DNA of 64,000 nt from NCBI GenBank assembly GCA_964016885.1, contig OZ024741.1, positions 241,304,001-241,368,000 on the forward strand, written 5' to 3'. The translations under genes and the position numbers were made by a program. The stretch's first letter is position 1. The number at the start of each line of letters is the position of its first letter. Below, piece after piece: positions 13,455 to 25,729 of the stretch. Origin of the DNA: Eledone cirrhosa (Eukaryota). The notes below the pieces were generated by a model that saw only the letters and a list, made by a program, of their open reading frames with translations, was not told where the DNA came from and did no database searches.

Positions 13455-14210
13455 AAGTTAGAACACATAAACTAGAAGCGGGATTAAGCACTCCACATTG
13501 GTTTTATATATCCAACAGTGATATGGGATCATATAAAACATAACAGAGTGTTGTTATATGAATGAATGTTAAGAGAGACATGTGTAATTATATAATTATT
13601 GAACATGCCATATCACCCCACTCTCACCAAGCATGAAGCCAATAACACCATGTAACATTTACTCGTGCGTTTCTTTGTTTATTTGTTATTTTTAACTATA
13701 TATATATATATATATATATGGATGTCCCCACATTGTAAAAAATGATATATTAGTTTATTGATTACAAGGAATAGCAGATCTGTACAAAAAACATGGAGGG
13801 AAACTATTGATAAATTTCTTATCTAAAATTTTTGAACTTTGTATTTGATTTCAAGCAATGGGGCAAAACACATAATTCATAAATGAAGTGTTTAGTGCAT
13901 GCCACCTGCCAAGATGATGTGTCACAGGGGGCTATAAGCACATAGACTCTTCAGCCATGACAAATGATGGCTTAGTAACATATAACATCTTTTATTGCTT
14001 CACTGAATGGTTTCATTGTTTTATTTTTTATAGGTTTCAGTCATTACACCTTGACCCTGTTTAGGGTGTTGACTTCAAGGGATATAGACGATTATATTGA
14101 CCCCAGTACATATTAAAATAAAATTGCTACTAGTTTCACCAATTTCTATTTAGTGAGCTAGTAATCTACAGGACATAAACACAGTTGCACAGACACACAG
14201 GCACACATAC

Positions 14211-14243
<33 letters not shown>

Positions 14244-14449
14244 ACAGGTTTTCATGCAGTTTCTGTCTACCAAATTTCACTGACAAGGCACATCTCAATT
14301 CAATGTTATATCAGGAAACAGTTGCCCGAAAGGCAACACAGGGGGCCTGATTCTGAAACTATATGGTTGTGAAACAAACTTCTTACCACCGCTACTATGT
14401 TTGTATCTAATGATAATTGTAAAGATTTAATTAAATGCAATTATTGTAT

Positions 14450-14840
14450 ATTTGAAAATATGAAAGTCCTAAACACAGAAACTAATGGTAAGAAAGGTCA
14501 GTCACTATAGATAATCGTTGAAAAACAAAATGGATGAGTGTGCCTATGAGGAATTGAACCCCATATCTTTTGACTATTGTGGGAGTGTATTACCATTATG
14601 CTAATGGGTCACTGACTCTTCTTCCTGTCTTTTATAGAGTTGCTATGATATACAGCTTGGGGCCAGAGCATAGACAGGATGTAAATAAACCTTATGAATT
14701 ATAGAAGAGCTGGAAGTGTTTGAAATTTGAAAATGTGAGAATCCTAAATACAGAAAATAATTGTAATAACAGTTGATCTCTATAGATAATAGGTATTAGA
14801 GTTATTTTCTGCATCTGGGAATCTCAAATTTTCAAAATGC
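14450..14840. mobile_element. Degenerate element: direct repeat + reversed tRNA-like segment + inverted repeat
   Basis: 'tttgaaaat.tga.a.tcctaaa.acagaaa.taat' at about 14451 and 14726; inverted copy about 14802-14838; reversed tRNA-like stretch about 14540-14615 ('ggaattgaaccc'). Confidence 0.4.
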
Positions 14841-15255
14841 AAGAACTTACAGTGCTTCAATGATGGAATAGTTAGAAAAATACAATATTATTTACAAAAT
14901 ATTGAAAGATTAGTTTTCTATTTTACTAACATACTGATCAATCAATCAATAGGTCATACTGCTTGCACAGATTCACTCGACTCTCTGTCACCATCCAATT
15001 CTATTGTTCATCATATTCAACAGGTCAGAGGGATTGCAGTTTATGTCGACACAAATCTACTTGATATAGGTCTTGGGTTGTTGTATTCTGCCAGCTCTTC
15101 CATGTGTAGGACTTCCCTAACAATCTCATCATTAGCTATCCAACAATACCCTGACCCTAATAATTTGACTCTATGTTCTTTGATAATGTCTGATACTGGA
15201 CAAGGGACAAGTGACTGATAAGCAACTATTTAGGAATCCTTGTCCAGTATCAAAC

Positions 15256-15749
15256 ATCATCATCATCATCATCATCATCATTATCGTTTAACGTCCATGT
15301 TCCACGCTTGCATGGGTTTGGACGGGAGTTTTCCACTTGAGGCAAGAGTGGTTGTCTTGCTCGCATAGGACTGTCTGGCGGGTTTTCTACAGTTGGATGC
15401 CCTTCCTAACACCAACCATATTTACAGTGTGGGGCTGGGAGGTTTTTACCGTGTTACCTACACGGCCACATTTACAGCGTGGACTGTCTGGCGGGTTTTC
15501 TACAGTTGGATGCCCTTCCTAACACCAACCACATTTACAGTGTGGGGCTGGGAGGTTTTTACCGTGTTGCCTACGCGGCCACATTTACAGCATGGACTGT
15601 GTGTTTTTTGTCGTGACACCTACACGATCTCATTTGTTTCGGCCTGGATGTTGTGGCACCAACATAACTTTACATTGAAAGGGGCGGTGTGGATGGGGTG
15701 GGGGTGGTGGGACGGGGGTGTATATTGTTAGAGATGCCTACTGACTGTA
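15256..15749 (-). mobile_element. Short retroposon family C with (GAT)n tail and an internal duplication of about 110 bp
   Basis: Shares body with 33980-34217, 37431-37802, 38150-38518 and 56100-56485; RTE-type tail 'ggacgttaaacgatgatg'. Confidence 0.8.
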
Positions 15750-16086
15750 CAGAATTAAAATACAAATCCCAAAAGAGAAGGCAAGCGAATAACTATTATT
15801 CTCAGTCCTTCTTTGCCAAAGTTCAAGTGGAATATTACTGGCATTAATCTTATGTCTCAGTATGGCTTTGGATGTCATGGAGGCTGCTCCTCCATCCATA
15901 CTAAGCCATTATATATATATATATATATGTGTATATGGGTATATGTGTGTGAGTGTGTATGTATAAAAGACACTCAGTCAACCCTGTAAGGTGATCATGC
16001 TGGTATCATGAAAAAAGCATGCAATACAGAGGTGTAACCACTAAGCCATGCGCCTTCACTATATATATATATATATCATCATCATC

Positions 16087-16121
<35 letters not shown>

Positions 16122-16252
16122 CATATATATACATATATCATAAAACATGTCTATAGAATCACAAGATAAAATATATACTATTTCCTCTCCCACTTAGCAT
16201 AATTAACTATATAAAATATATATATATATATATATATATCATCATCATATAC

Positions 16253-16324
<72 letters not shown>

Positions 16325-16333
16325 GTATATATA

Positions 16334-16916
16334 TATTGTTATACTTTGGGAGGGTCATGTTGCCAATAAGAAACACACGCACCAGTTGCTTTCACTCCAA
16401 TTTATTATAAATTAAATTATAAATTTAAAAATTTATAAATTTCCGGTTGGTTGGTTGGTTCCACAACCGGACGGTTGTTCATATATTGTCAAAGTTCTTT
16501 AGTCACACATTCTGTGACCTCTTCAGTGACTGGGGATTCTTTTCTTTGTTTTGTGCCTCTCCTTTGTTCTGGCCTACAGCATCTTGTTTTTGTGTGTGTT
16601 CAAAAAACAAGATGGCGTAGGACAGAACAAAGGAGAGGCACAAAACAAAGAAAAGAATACCCAGTCACTGAAGAGGTCACAGAATGTGTGACGAAAGAAC
16701 TTTGACAATATATGAACAACCGTCCGGTTGTGGAACCAACCAACCAACCAGAAATTTATAAATTTTAAAATTTATAATTTAATTTATAATAAATTGGAGT
16801 GAAAGCAACTGGTGCGTTTGTTTCTTATTGGCAACATGACCCTCCCAAAGTATAACAATATCAGTTTCAACACACGTTTTCAGATAAAGAATCTTGCTAA
16901 ACAAATTCAGAAATGA
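16334..16916 (+). mobile_element. Fold-back HHR element family P1: about 260-bp near-perfect inverted arms plus a ~55-bp one-sided tail
   Basis: Arms 16334-~16591 and ~16601-16861; HHR in each arm; flanked by (TA)n. Confidence 0.85.
16664..16706 (+). ncRNA. Minimal type-I hammerhead motif (mirror copy 16488-16530 on minus strand has G12U)
   Basis: guca CUGAAGA g gucaca gaaug ugugac GAAA gaac UU ugac. Confidence 0.65.
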
Positions 16917-17091
16917 TATATATATATACATATATATATATATGGAACTCTTTTAACCATCTTTTGATCTTATATATTATATATATATATATATATATAT
17001 TAGAAAGTGAGGTTTTTTTTACAAAGTGAAAAATAACCGAGGTGTCCTACACGAGTGAAAGTATAAAGAAAAAAAGATTTTATCTTTTTTT

Positions 17092-17174
<83 letters not shown>

Positions 17175-17186
17175 TGTATGTCTATA

Positions 17187-17229
<43 letters not shown>

Positions 17230-17476
17230 ATATATATATATATATAGGTGTGTGTTTGTGTGTGCGCATACAAAAAGCCCCCCAGTACACACTGTAAATG
17301 TGGTTGGCATTAGGAAGGGCGTCCAACCATAGAAACCAACCCAATATTGGTCCATTGTGAGCAAGGCATGGCCATCTGATCTGGCTTGGCTCACATCTGG
17401 ACAACTTGTCTAACCCATACTAGCATGGAAAAATGGATGTTAATCAGTGATGATGATGTATGTGTATGTATAAGTA

Positions 17477-17510
<34 letters not shown>

Positions 17511-18177
17511 TACATATATAGAGAGAGAGATATTTATTCATGTGAAACTTCGTCATGTTAAAATGAATTATATAATATCTATATATATAATATAATATAT
17601 GATGTAAGTCCAAAGGAACATACCAAATTATGATTTAGAAACTTATAATTCCCCCCCCCCCCACCACTATACTCTCTGAGGGGGGGGGGGATAATAGGAG
17701 AAGAAAGAAAATGAAGAATGAATGCAGATGCATGAAATTAATAAAAGATTGGCATTATATGTTTATTATATCCACCCTATATTTAACCAACTATCATTGC
17801 ATACATCCTCACCATTATACCACCACACCTCTACCAATATGGTCATATCCACTCTCACCCTTATTGTCTTAGCTACCTTTATCATTATATACCACTACAC
17901 CACCAACAACAACAACAATAGCAACAGCAACATACAACACTGAGCTTCATCAGAAATGGCCTGAAGCTGAGTTCAAACCCTAGGATTTCATTTATTATAA
18001 CTCTCTTCTCTCTCATATATCACATATAGACACAACACATCTGTTAACCCTGCAGGGTTAGCTATTTACCCATGTATACATGCCTTCCCTTGTGTCTGTG
18101 TCTGTGTGTGCTCACATATACATACATGCACCATAAACATACACACGCGCACACACATATATATATACATATATACA

Positions 18178-18297
<120 letters not shown>

Positions 18298-18516
18298 CAC
18301 ACACACACACATATATATATATACACACACACACATATATATATATACACACACACATATATATATACACACACACACACATATATATATATATACACAC
18401 ACACAATTATACACAATTCCTATACATATATCAGAGAAAGCATGAATGCATGAGAGTGAGTTTGCTAAGCAGTTTTGTCTTACTATATAATACATACTAT
18501 TACACACATACACACG

Positions 18517-18567
<51 letters not shown>

Positions 18568-18787
18568 GTGTGTATGTGTGTATATATATGTACACATGAC
18601 ATATATTTCCATAGACATACCTTTATTCACCAAGCCAGCTTATTCTACCCTGAGGCTACCTACCAAATACATGGAAATCACATTATCATTCACTTCTTAT
18701 TCTATAACTACATTTCAATACCCAGAATGGCACACTGAGCTTGAGGCACTTGTGTCTCTATAATTTAATATATACTCACACACTTCT

Positions 18788-18831
<44 letters not shown>

Positions 18832-18841
18832 ATGAAAGGTA

Positions 18842-18873
<32 letters not shown>

Positions 18874-18964
18874 GATATATATGGTGGGGGGTGCGGTGTA
18901 TAAACTCATAGGTATACAGACTCAGAGCACATATATTCTCAAGATTATATATATATATATATTG

Positions 18965-19019
<55 letters not shown>

Positions 19020-19113
19020 AAGATATATAGAAAGAAAGAGATATAGAAATATATAGATATATAAGTATAGCTTTAAACACTTGTAATTATATATTTTGAC
19101 ATACACAGACAGA

Positions 19114-19295
<182 letters not shown>

Positions 19296-19624
19296 GTTAG
19301 TTAGTTAGTTAATTCTACCATATAGTTCTGCCAGGCAGGCATTCAGCCAAGCTGACTTGATCAGATGTCACCTCTCTTTAAATTTGGTAAATTACCAAAT
19401 TCACAGAATACGTCATTATCGTCAGATTGTAGAAAGTATAGAATAGTAACATACTGACAACTTTCATGATGTGTCTCCACAGAAAATGACAAAAGAGTGA
19501 ACACAGAGTATTAGAATATGCATTAGCATGATATACTTCACCTCAATAATTCCCACTCAAGGGTTTTCTAACACTTGGGGGTCAGCAAATGGAGATAATT
19601 TTTAAAGTTATATTTTAATGATCA

Positions 19625-20571
19625 TGGAAGTGTGTGGCCTAATGATAAGTGTGTGGGACTTATGATCACAATGTCATGGGTGTGCATGGCTTAGTGATAA
19701 GTGTGTGGGACTTATGATTATAATGTCATGAGTGTGCATGGCTTAGTGGTAAGTGTGTGGGACTTATGATCATAATGTCATGAGTGTGCATGGCTTAGTG
19801 GTAAGTGTGTGGGACTTATGATCATAATGTCATGAGTGTGCATGGCTTAGTGGTAAGTGTGTGGGACTTATGATCATAATGTCATAGGTGTGCATGGCTT
19901 AGTGGTAAGTGTGTGGGACTTATGATCATAATGTCATGGGTGTGCATGGCTTAGTGGTAAGTGTGTGGGACTTATGATCATAATGTTATGGGTGTGCATA
20001 GCTTAGTGGTAAGTGTGTGGGACTTATGATCATAATGTCATAGGTGTGCATGGCTTAGTGGTAAGTGTGTGGGACTTATGATCATAATGTCATAGGTGTG
20101 CATGGCTTAGTGGTAAGTGTGTGGGACTTATGATCATAATGTTATGGGTGTGCATGGCTTAGTGGTAAGTGTGTGGGACTTATGATCATAATGTCATAGG
20201 TGTGCATGGCTTAGTGGTAAGTTGTGGGACTTATGATCATAATGTCATAGGTGTGCATGGCTTAGTGGTAAGTGTGTGGGACTTATGATCATAATGTCAT
20301 GGGTGTGCATGGCTTAGTGGTAAGTGTGTGGGACTTATGATCATAATGTTATGGGTGTGCATGGCTTAGTGGTAAGTGTGTGGGACTTATGATCATAATG
20401 TCATAGGTGTGCATGGCTTAGTGGTAAGTGTGTGGGACTTATGATCATAATGTCATGGGTGTGCATGGCTTAGTGGTAAGTGTGTGGGACTTATGATCAT
20501 AATGTCATGGGTGTGCATGGCTTAGTGGTAAGTGTGTGGGACTTATGATCATAATGTTATGGGTTCGAATC
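19625..20571 (+). repeat. 52-bp tandem array (about 18 units) made from a tRNA-SINE head
   Basis: Unit tgtgcatggcttagtggtaagtgtgtgggacttatgatcataatgtcatgag contains A-box 'tggcttagtgg'; only the final unit continues into B-box 'ggttcgaatc'. Confidence 0.85.
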
Positions 20572-20679
20572 ATGGGTTGGGTTGTGTGTTGTGTTCTTGT
20601 GCAAAGCAGATATCTATTTAAGGTTCTTGAGCAAAGCAGATATCTATTTAAGGCTGTACATGGCTATGGTGTGACCACA

Positions 20680-21222
20680 CTTAGAATTTGCATCACCAGT
20701 CTGGAACCCCTATCTTGCTTAGAACATTGACCGCCTGGAAACTGTTCAGAGACGTGCAACCAAGCAAATACCCTCCATCGGGCATCTACCATACTCTGAG
20801 CGCCTTGCTTCCCTGGGCATGGATACATTGAAGCTCCGATGCCTGGCAACTGACTTGGTAAACACCCACAAAATTGTTAACCATGTTGCCAACAGTACCT
20901 TTTTGATTTCCATGTGTCTAACACACGTGGACATACCCACAAAGTAAGAAAACAGCACAGTTCCCATGACTTTCGGAAACATTTTTTCACGCTCAGAGTT
21001 GCTGAAACATGGAACAAACTACCTGCATCAGTTGTTAGCTGTCGAGACACTGCATCCTTTAAGGCCTCCATGCTTCCCGAGATCCACCAACACTACAGCT
21101 AACACATACACACATGTACTTCCCTGACATTTGTGTATTATTCTATGTACTATACATACACCTTTGACGAATTGTAGTGCACCTGAGCACTTTACACAAT
21201 AATTTCATTATTATTATTATTT
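20680..21222 (+). mobile_element. CR1/L2-group LINE 3' fragment
   Basis: Translates 'WNPYL..IDRLETVQRRATKQIP..LPYSERLASLGMDTL' and 'TRGHTHKVRKQHS..FRKHFFTLRVAETWNKLPASVV'; (ATT)n tail. Confidence 0.85.
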
Positions 21223-23736
21223 ATTTCATTTCATTATACTCAGCTGAAAATGAATACCAGCAATAGCTGGGGGTTTAACCCTATTCTGGACTGGTATCCT
21301 GTCCCAGGGTAGTCTTGTACTCTCAGTTGATTAATGCCATGGAAAATGGGATAAGCAATGGCCTGATGACCCTCGGGCTCGAGACAGACTTTAGACTTTA
21401 GGTTATAGTGATCAGGGTAATGAATCAGCAGAATTGTTAGAGCATTGGACAAAAGACTTCATAGTATTTAATTACGGCCCTTTATGATCTGAGTTCAAAT
21501 CCTGCTGAGCTCATTTTTGCTTTTTGATTTTCCAGTGTTAATAAAATAAAGTACCAGTCACATAGTGAGTGGTGTTGATGTAATCAACTTTCCCTCTCCT
21601 TGCACAAATCGTGGGCCCTGAACCAACATAAGAAAGAATTATCTATAGTGATTGACTACTGTCATTTGCATTGGGAAAAAACACATTTCAAATTTGAAGT
21701 ACTTTATTAAACTAAGATTTTTTTCAACAAGCTGATGTGTATGTATCTATGTGTGTGCATGTGTGTATGTACATATGCATACATTTATATGTATGAGTAT
21801 ATAAATATAAACTTTTTTGCAATAGTTTTTTCATCATCCCCTTCCTTCCTTTTACACACACATACATTCACACAAACACACACACACACACACAAACACA
21901 CACGCACACACACACATTGTGTGACGGAAGGACGGAGGCTGCACAAATTTATATATAGAAGTATAATATGCATGTTATTGGGCATCTCTTCTTTTCTAAG
22001 TATAAACATTTTTCACATTTGATTGTTATTCTTACTACATAACAATCTGTGAGGGAAGACACAATTGTAGTTGTTGCTCTAGGAGAAAATTTATTTTTAT
22101 GAAAGAGGGTCCTTGGTAGTAGCTCTGCCCAGCCATTTGACCAGCTAGAAATAGCACCCAAATCTTTCTCAGAACACACTCTACCATAACAATGGTAACA
22201 ACAAGCATTTTATGGCCATTTACCCTGTTAAGGCAGAGTTTAACCTTACAAGCTCATCAGTAGGCTTTCCCATTTTGCTTTATCCTCTCTACCCCACTTA
22301 CCAAACTTTTGACTTTCATTTCCTCCCTCCATCATCTTTAACCATGTCTTTCTTAGCTTCCTCTTCCATTACTCCTCTCATTTAAACCCTTTCATCCTTA
22401 CTCAACATAACCCAACAATTTCAATCCATCTTAAATTAAATAAAGAGAAAAGGCTACATCTAATGTTGTAGTTCTATGTACCATAATAGACAGCCATATA
22501 TGATAGGTCTGTTCACTCAGTGTTGATCTTGGACTAAACAGCAATAGACTCAGTCAGGACCTTGAATCCTTTCACCATCAAGGTTCTTTGTATATGTATA
22601 CTTTGTATATGTAAATCTTTGTTTCATGATAGGTATCCATAAACATCAGAAAACATTAATACAGAGACACAGATGTATTTCTCATGAACACATGAGCCAT
22701 AGATTTGAAAGGAGCATTCTGATTGGCCAGAAAGTTGTTCCATAATTTCCCCATAAGCTAGAACACTTAGCATCCAATAGATTGACCACTCCTATTGTGA
22801 GCTTTACAATGCTGAGGCTGATAATTGAGTCACATGTTTTCAAAGCATTAAATCATCATAAATGGGTAAGGTTTGGGTGACATCAACTGGTAATAGGAAT
22901 AATCACTTGGTCATGTGTTGTTTTTTAATCAGTTAGTTACAGCAAGAAGCATCTTAGTTGGGTAGAGTCAATGGAGGAAAGTGCTCAGCTGTTTCTGATT
23001 CCGTATCATACACCCAGACACACACACACGCATGCACATATATATAGTAGAGTCTACTCTAGTGCAAGCATTCAGCCCAGAGTTCTGGTTTGAAGATATC
23101 TTCCTCTCCTCCTTGAAGCCCCTGAAAAAGCCATGGGATCTGCCACTCCTTCCCTAATTAAACATTAGAAAGAAGGAATGTATATAATATATATATATAT
23201 AAGTATATATATATACATTCCTTCTTTCTAATGTTTAATATATATACTTATATATATATATATATACATTCCTTCTTATATATATATAAGGGTAAATATA
23301 AATATATGTATTTATTTATTTCATGTAGTAGTTTTCACATTTACTTTATTATGACATATAGGCCCCAAACAATTAAGAAGTTCACTTCATAGTCATGAGA
23401 ATCTAGGTTCAGTCCCACTGTGTGAAACCATGGGAAAGTGTCTTTTACCATAGCTCTGGGTTGACTATTACCTAGTTAGGCATAAACTGTGTGGAAGTCT
23501 GGCACATATAACATTGAAAGTCACAGCCATGTCACACAGGGTGTCATGTTGATTCAGTCTGAGAATTATATTATTTTGTGACCATATTTCTATTGAAAGA
23601 CACTGCCTATGATTTTCAAGTAATTTTGAAAATAATCATGTATTTGCAGAGATTTAGTGATATAACAAATTTTCTCATTATCAAGTTGGTGTTTTTTTTA
23701 CAAAAAAGTCTGTTATTACAAAAGTAAATGGACAAT

Positions 23737-23964
23737 TAACCCTTTAGCATTTACATTACTCTATATTTACTATTGTATTTTCATGGTAGACACTTTACCT
23801 CACATAAATATCTCAGATAATATCGAATCTATAAGATTTTGATATTATTTATTTTGAGAACAATACCTTAACATCAGTATGAGTGGCCAGTTACAGCTGG
23901 TTTGAACAGAAAGAGGTGAGAGAATTCTGGCCAGATATGGCTGGTTTAAATGATAAAGGGTTAA
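23737..23964. mobile_element. TTAA-flanked MITE (piggyBac-like)
   Basis: TIRs ttaaccctttagcattta / taaatgataaagggttaa; second copy in reverse at 40760-41129. Confidence 0.75.
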
Positions 23965-24693
23965 AGAACCTTATAAATTATATGCATAAATAACAATATA
24001 AATTGCTGACAATTCTTCCAGAAATAAAATACAAACACAAATATAAACACATATAACAGATACAATACACAAAAATATATCAAATATGATACACAAAAAC
24101 ATAAAAAAGAAGAAGGGGCGCAATTCCCCTCCAATTGGCTGCACACCCCATTATAAGGGTTAGCTAAACACTTTCAGGCAAGCCAATATACTCACACCAT
24201 TGCCATGAGTGATGGTGAGGCTAAGGCACTGAAACAAGCAGGCACCCTCACAGGCATCACCTGACACCTGGATGAGGCGGGCTGCCAGCGATGATTAGAA
24301 CTTTGCTTTCAGCGGCCCAACTCCAGTTGGTGTTTGGAACATAACTTAACAGAGTTTGTTATATAAAATAGATTTTTCTTTTAGATAAATATAAAATATA
24401 AATACATTTTAATACAAACAGTTTTGTATCATAGAAACGGGGGAGGTTTCAGGCAGTTTGGTATCAAAAGGATTAAAGATATACATGTTTGTTGAACACA
24501 CAGCTGCTTATATGTTCATTTAATGAGATGCCATTTCATTGTAATAGTCATCGTTAAAACTGATGGAAAGTCCATTTAGTTTACTTCATGGATGTACAGA
24601 ACACTCTGCTTCAGTGTCCACAATATTTATAGATGAATGTGTTCAATATAAGTGTCCATGTACAATTATATATGTGAATACAGGGAAAATGCA

Positions 24694-25393
24694 AAAGCTG
24701 GAAAGAAGTGAATCAAGCGTGCTTCATTGGATGTGTAATCTTAGAGTGAATAAATGATGAAGCCTAAATGTGTTGAGAGAAAAACTAGATAGAAGAGGAA
24801 TTAGATGCTGGTACTTACACATAATTCATACAGATGATGATCATTGGGTGAAGATGTATAATGCATTCAAAGTTGAAAGATGTAGTAGAGGTAGGCCAAA
24901 GTAGAATTGGGCAGAGGTGGTGAAAGCTGACCGTGGAATACTAAGCCCCACAAAGGAAATGGTGCAAAATATTTATACACACACACATATCACCTGCATA
25001 TCACACACATACAAATATCACAAACATCACCATTTTTGCATGTTTTTTTCCATGGTTGCATGAATAAGATGAGTTCTCTTCAATATAGGATCCCCCTACT
25101 CGTCTTCTTACTTTGTAATTTTTGCCATTTCCTTTGTGGGGCTTAGTATACCACAGTCAGCTTTCACCACCTCTGCCCACGTCTACTTTGGCCTACCTCG
25201 ACTACATCTTTCAACTTTGAATGCATTATACATCTTCACCCAATGATCATCATCTGTATGAATTATGTGTAAGTACCAGCATATGATTCCTCTTCTATCT
25301 AGTTTTTCTCTCAACACATTTGGGCTTCATCATTTATTCACTCTAAGCTTACACATCCAATGAAGCACGCTTGATTCACTTCTTTCCAGCTTT
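24694..25393. mobile_element. Decayed RTE-type LINE 3' fragment present as an inverted duplication (arms 24694-24962 and 25125-25393)
   Basis: 'KLERSESSVLHWMCN..LREKL..RGIRC' homologous to the 55361 ORF; the two arms are near-identical reverse complements. Confidence 0.85.
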
Positions 25394-25729
25394 CACACCA
25401 TCCAACAAATACAACAACAACAAAAAATTAGGTGATTCAGTTTTTTTTTTCTCCAGTTTACTTGCATATTTGTATCAGTTGTTCACTTTAATATCTCAGA
25501 AACTACAAAACTAGGAAGTCGTTTTTCTCAATGATTTCAAAGTGAAATTTTAAGAACATTTTTTCTTTAAAGATGTTGGTGTTCTAGTCAGTTTTTTTGT
25601 TGTTGTAAAGTGACATATAAAATACAACTTCCAGTCAATATATGGTGTGATGGGTAACATATTGAAAAAGATGGAATCATTTATATAAAAAAATAAAAGA
25701 CAATTTCTTTAGGATATTAATGGTCATAA

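Noticed and set aside
22605-22660. Hammerhead-like motif on the minus strand
   Set aside because: Core is CUGAUGU and the stems are weak
23157-23240. Short inverted repeat around (TA)n; similar short IR at 15181-15262
   Set aside because: No HHR or tail motif; likely local repair or template-switch products
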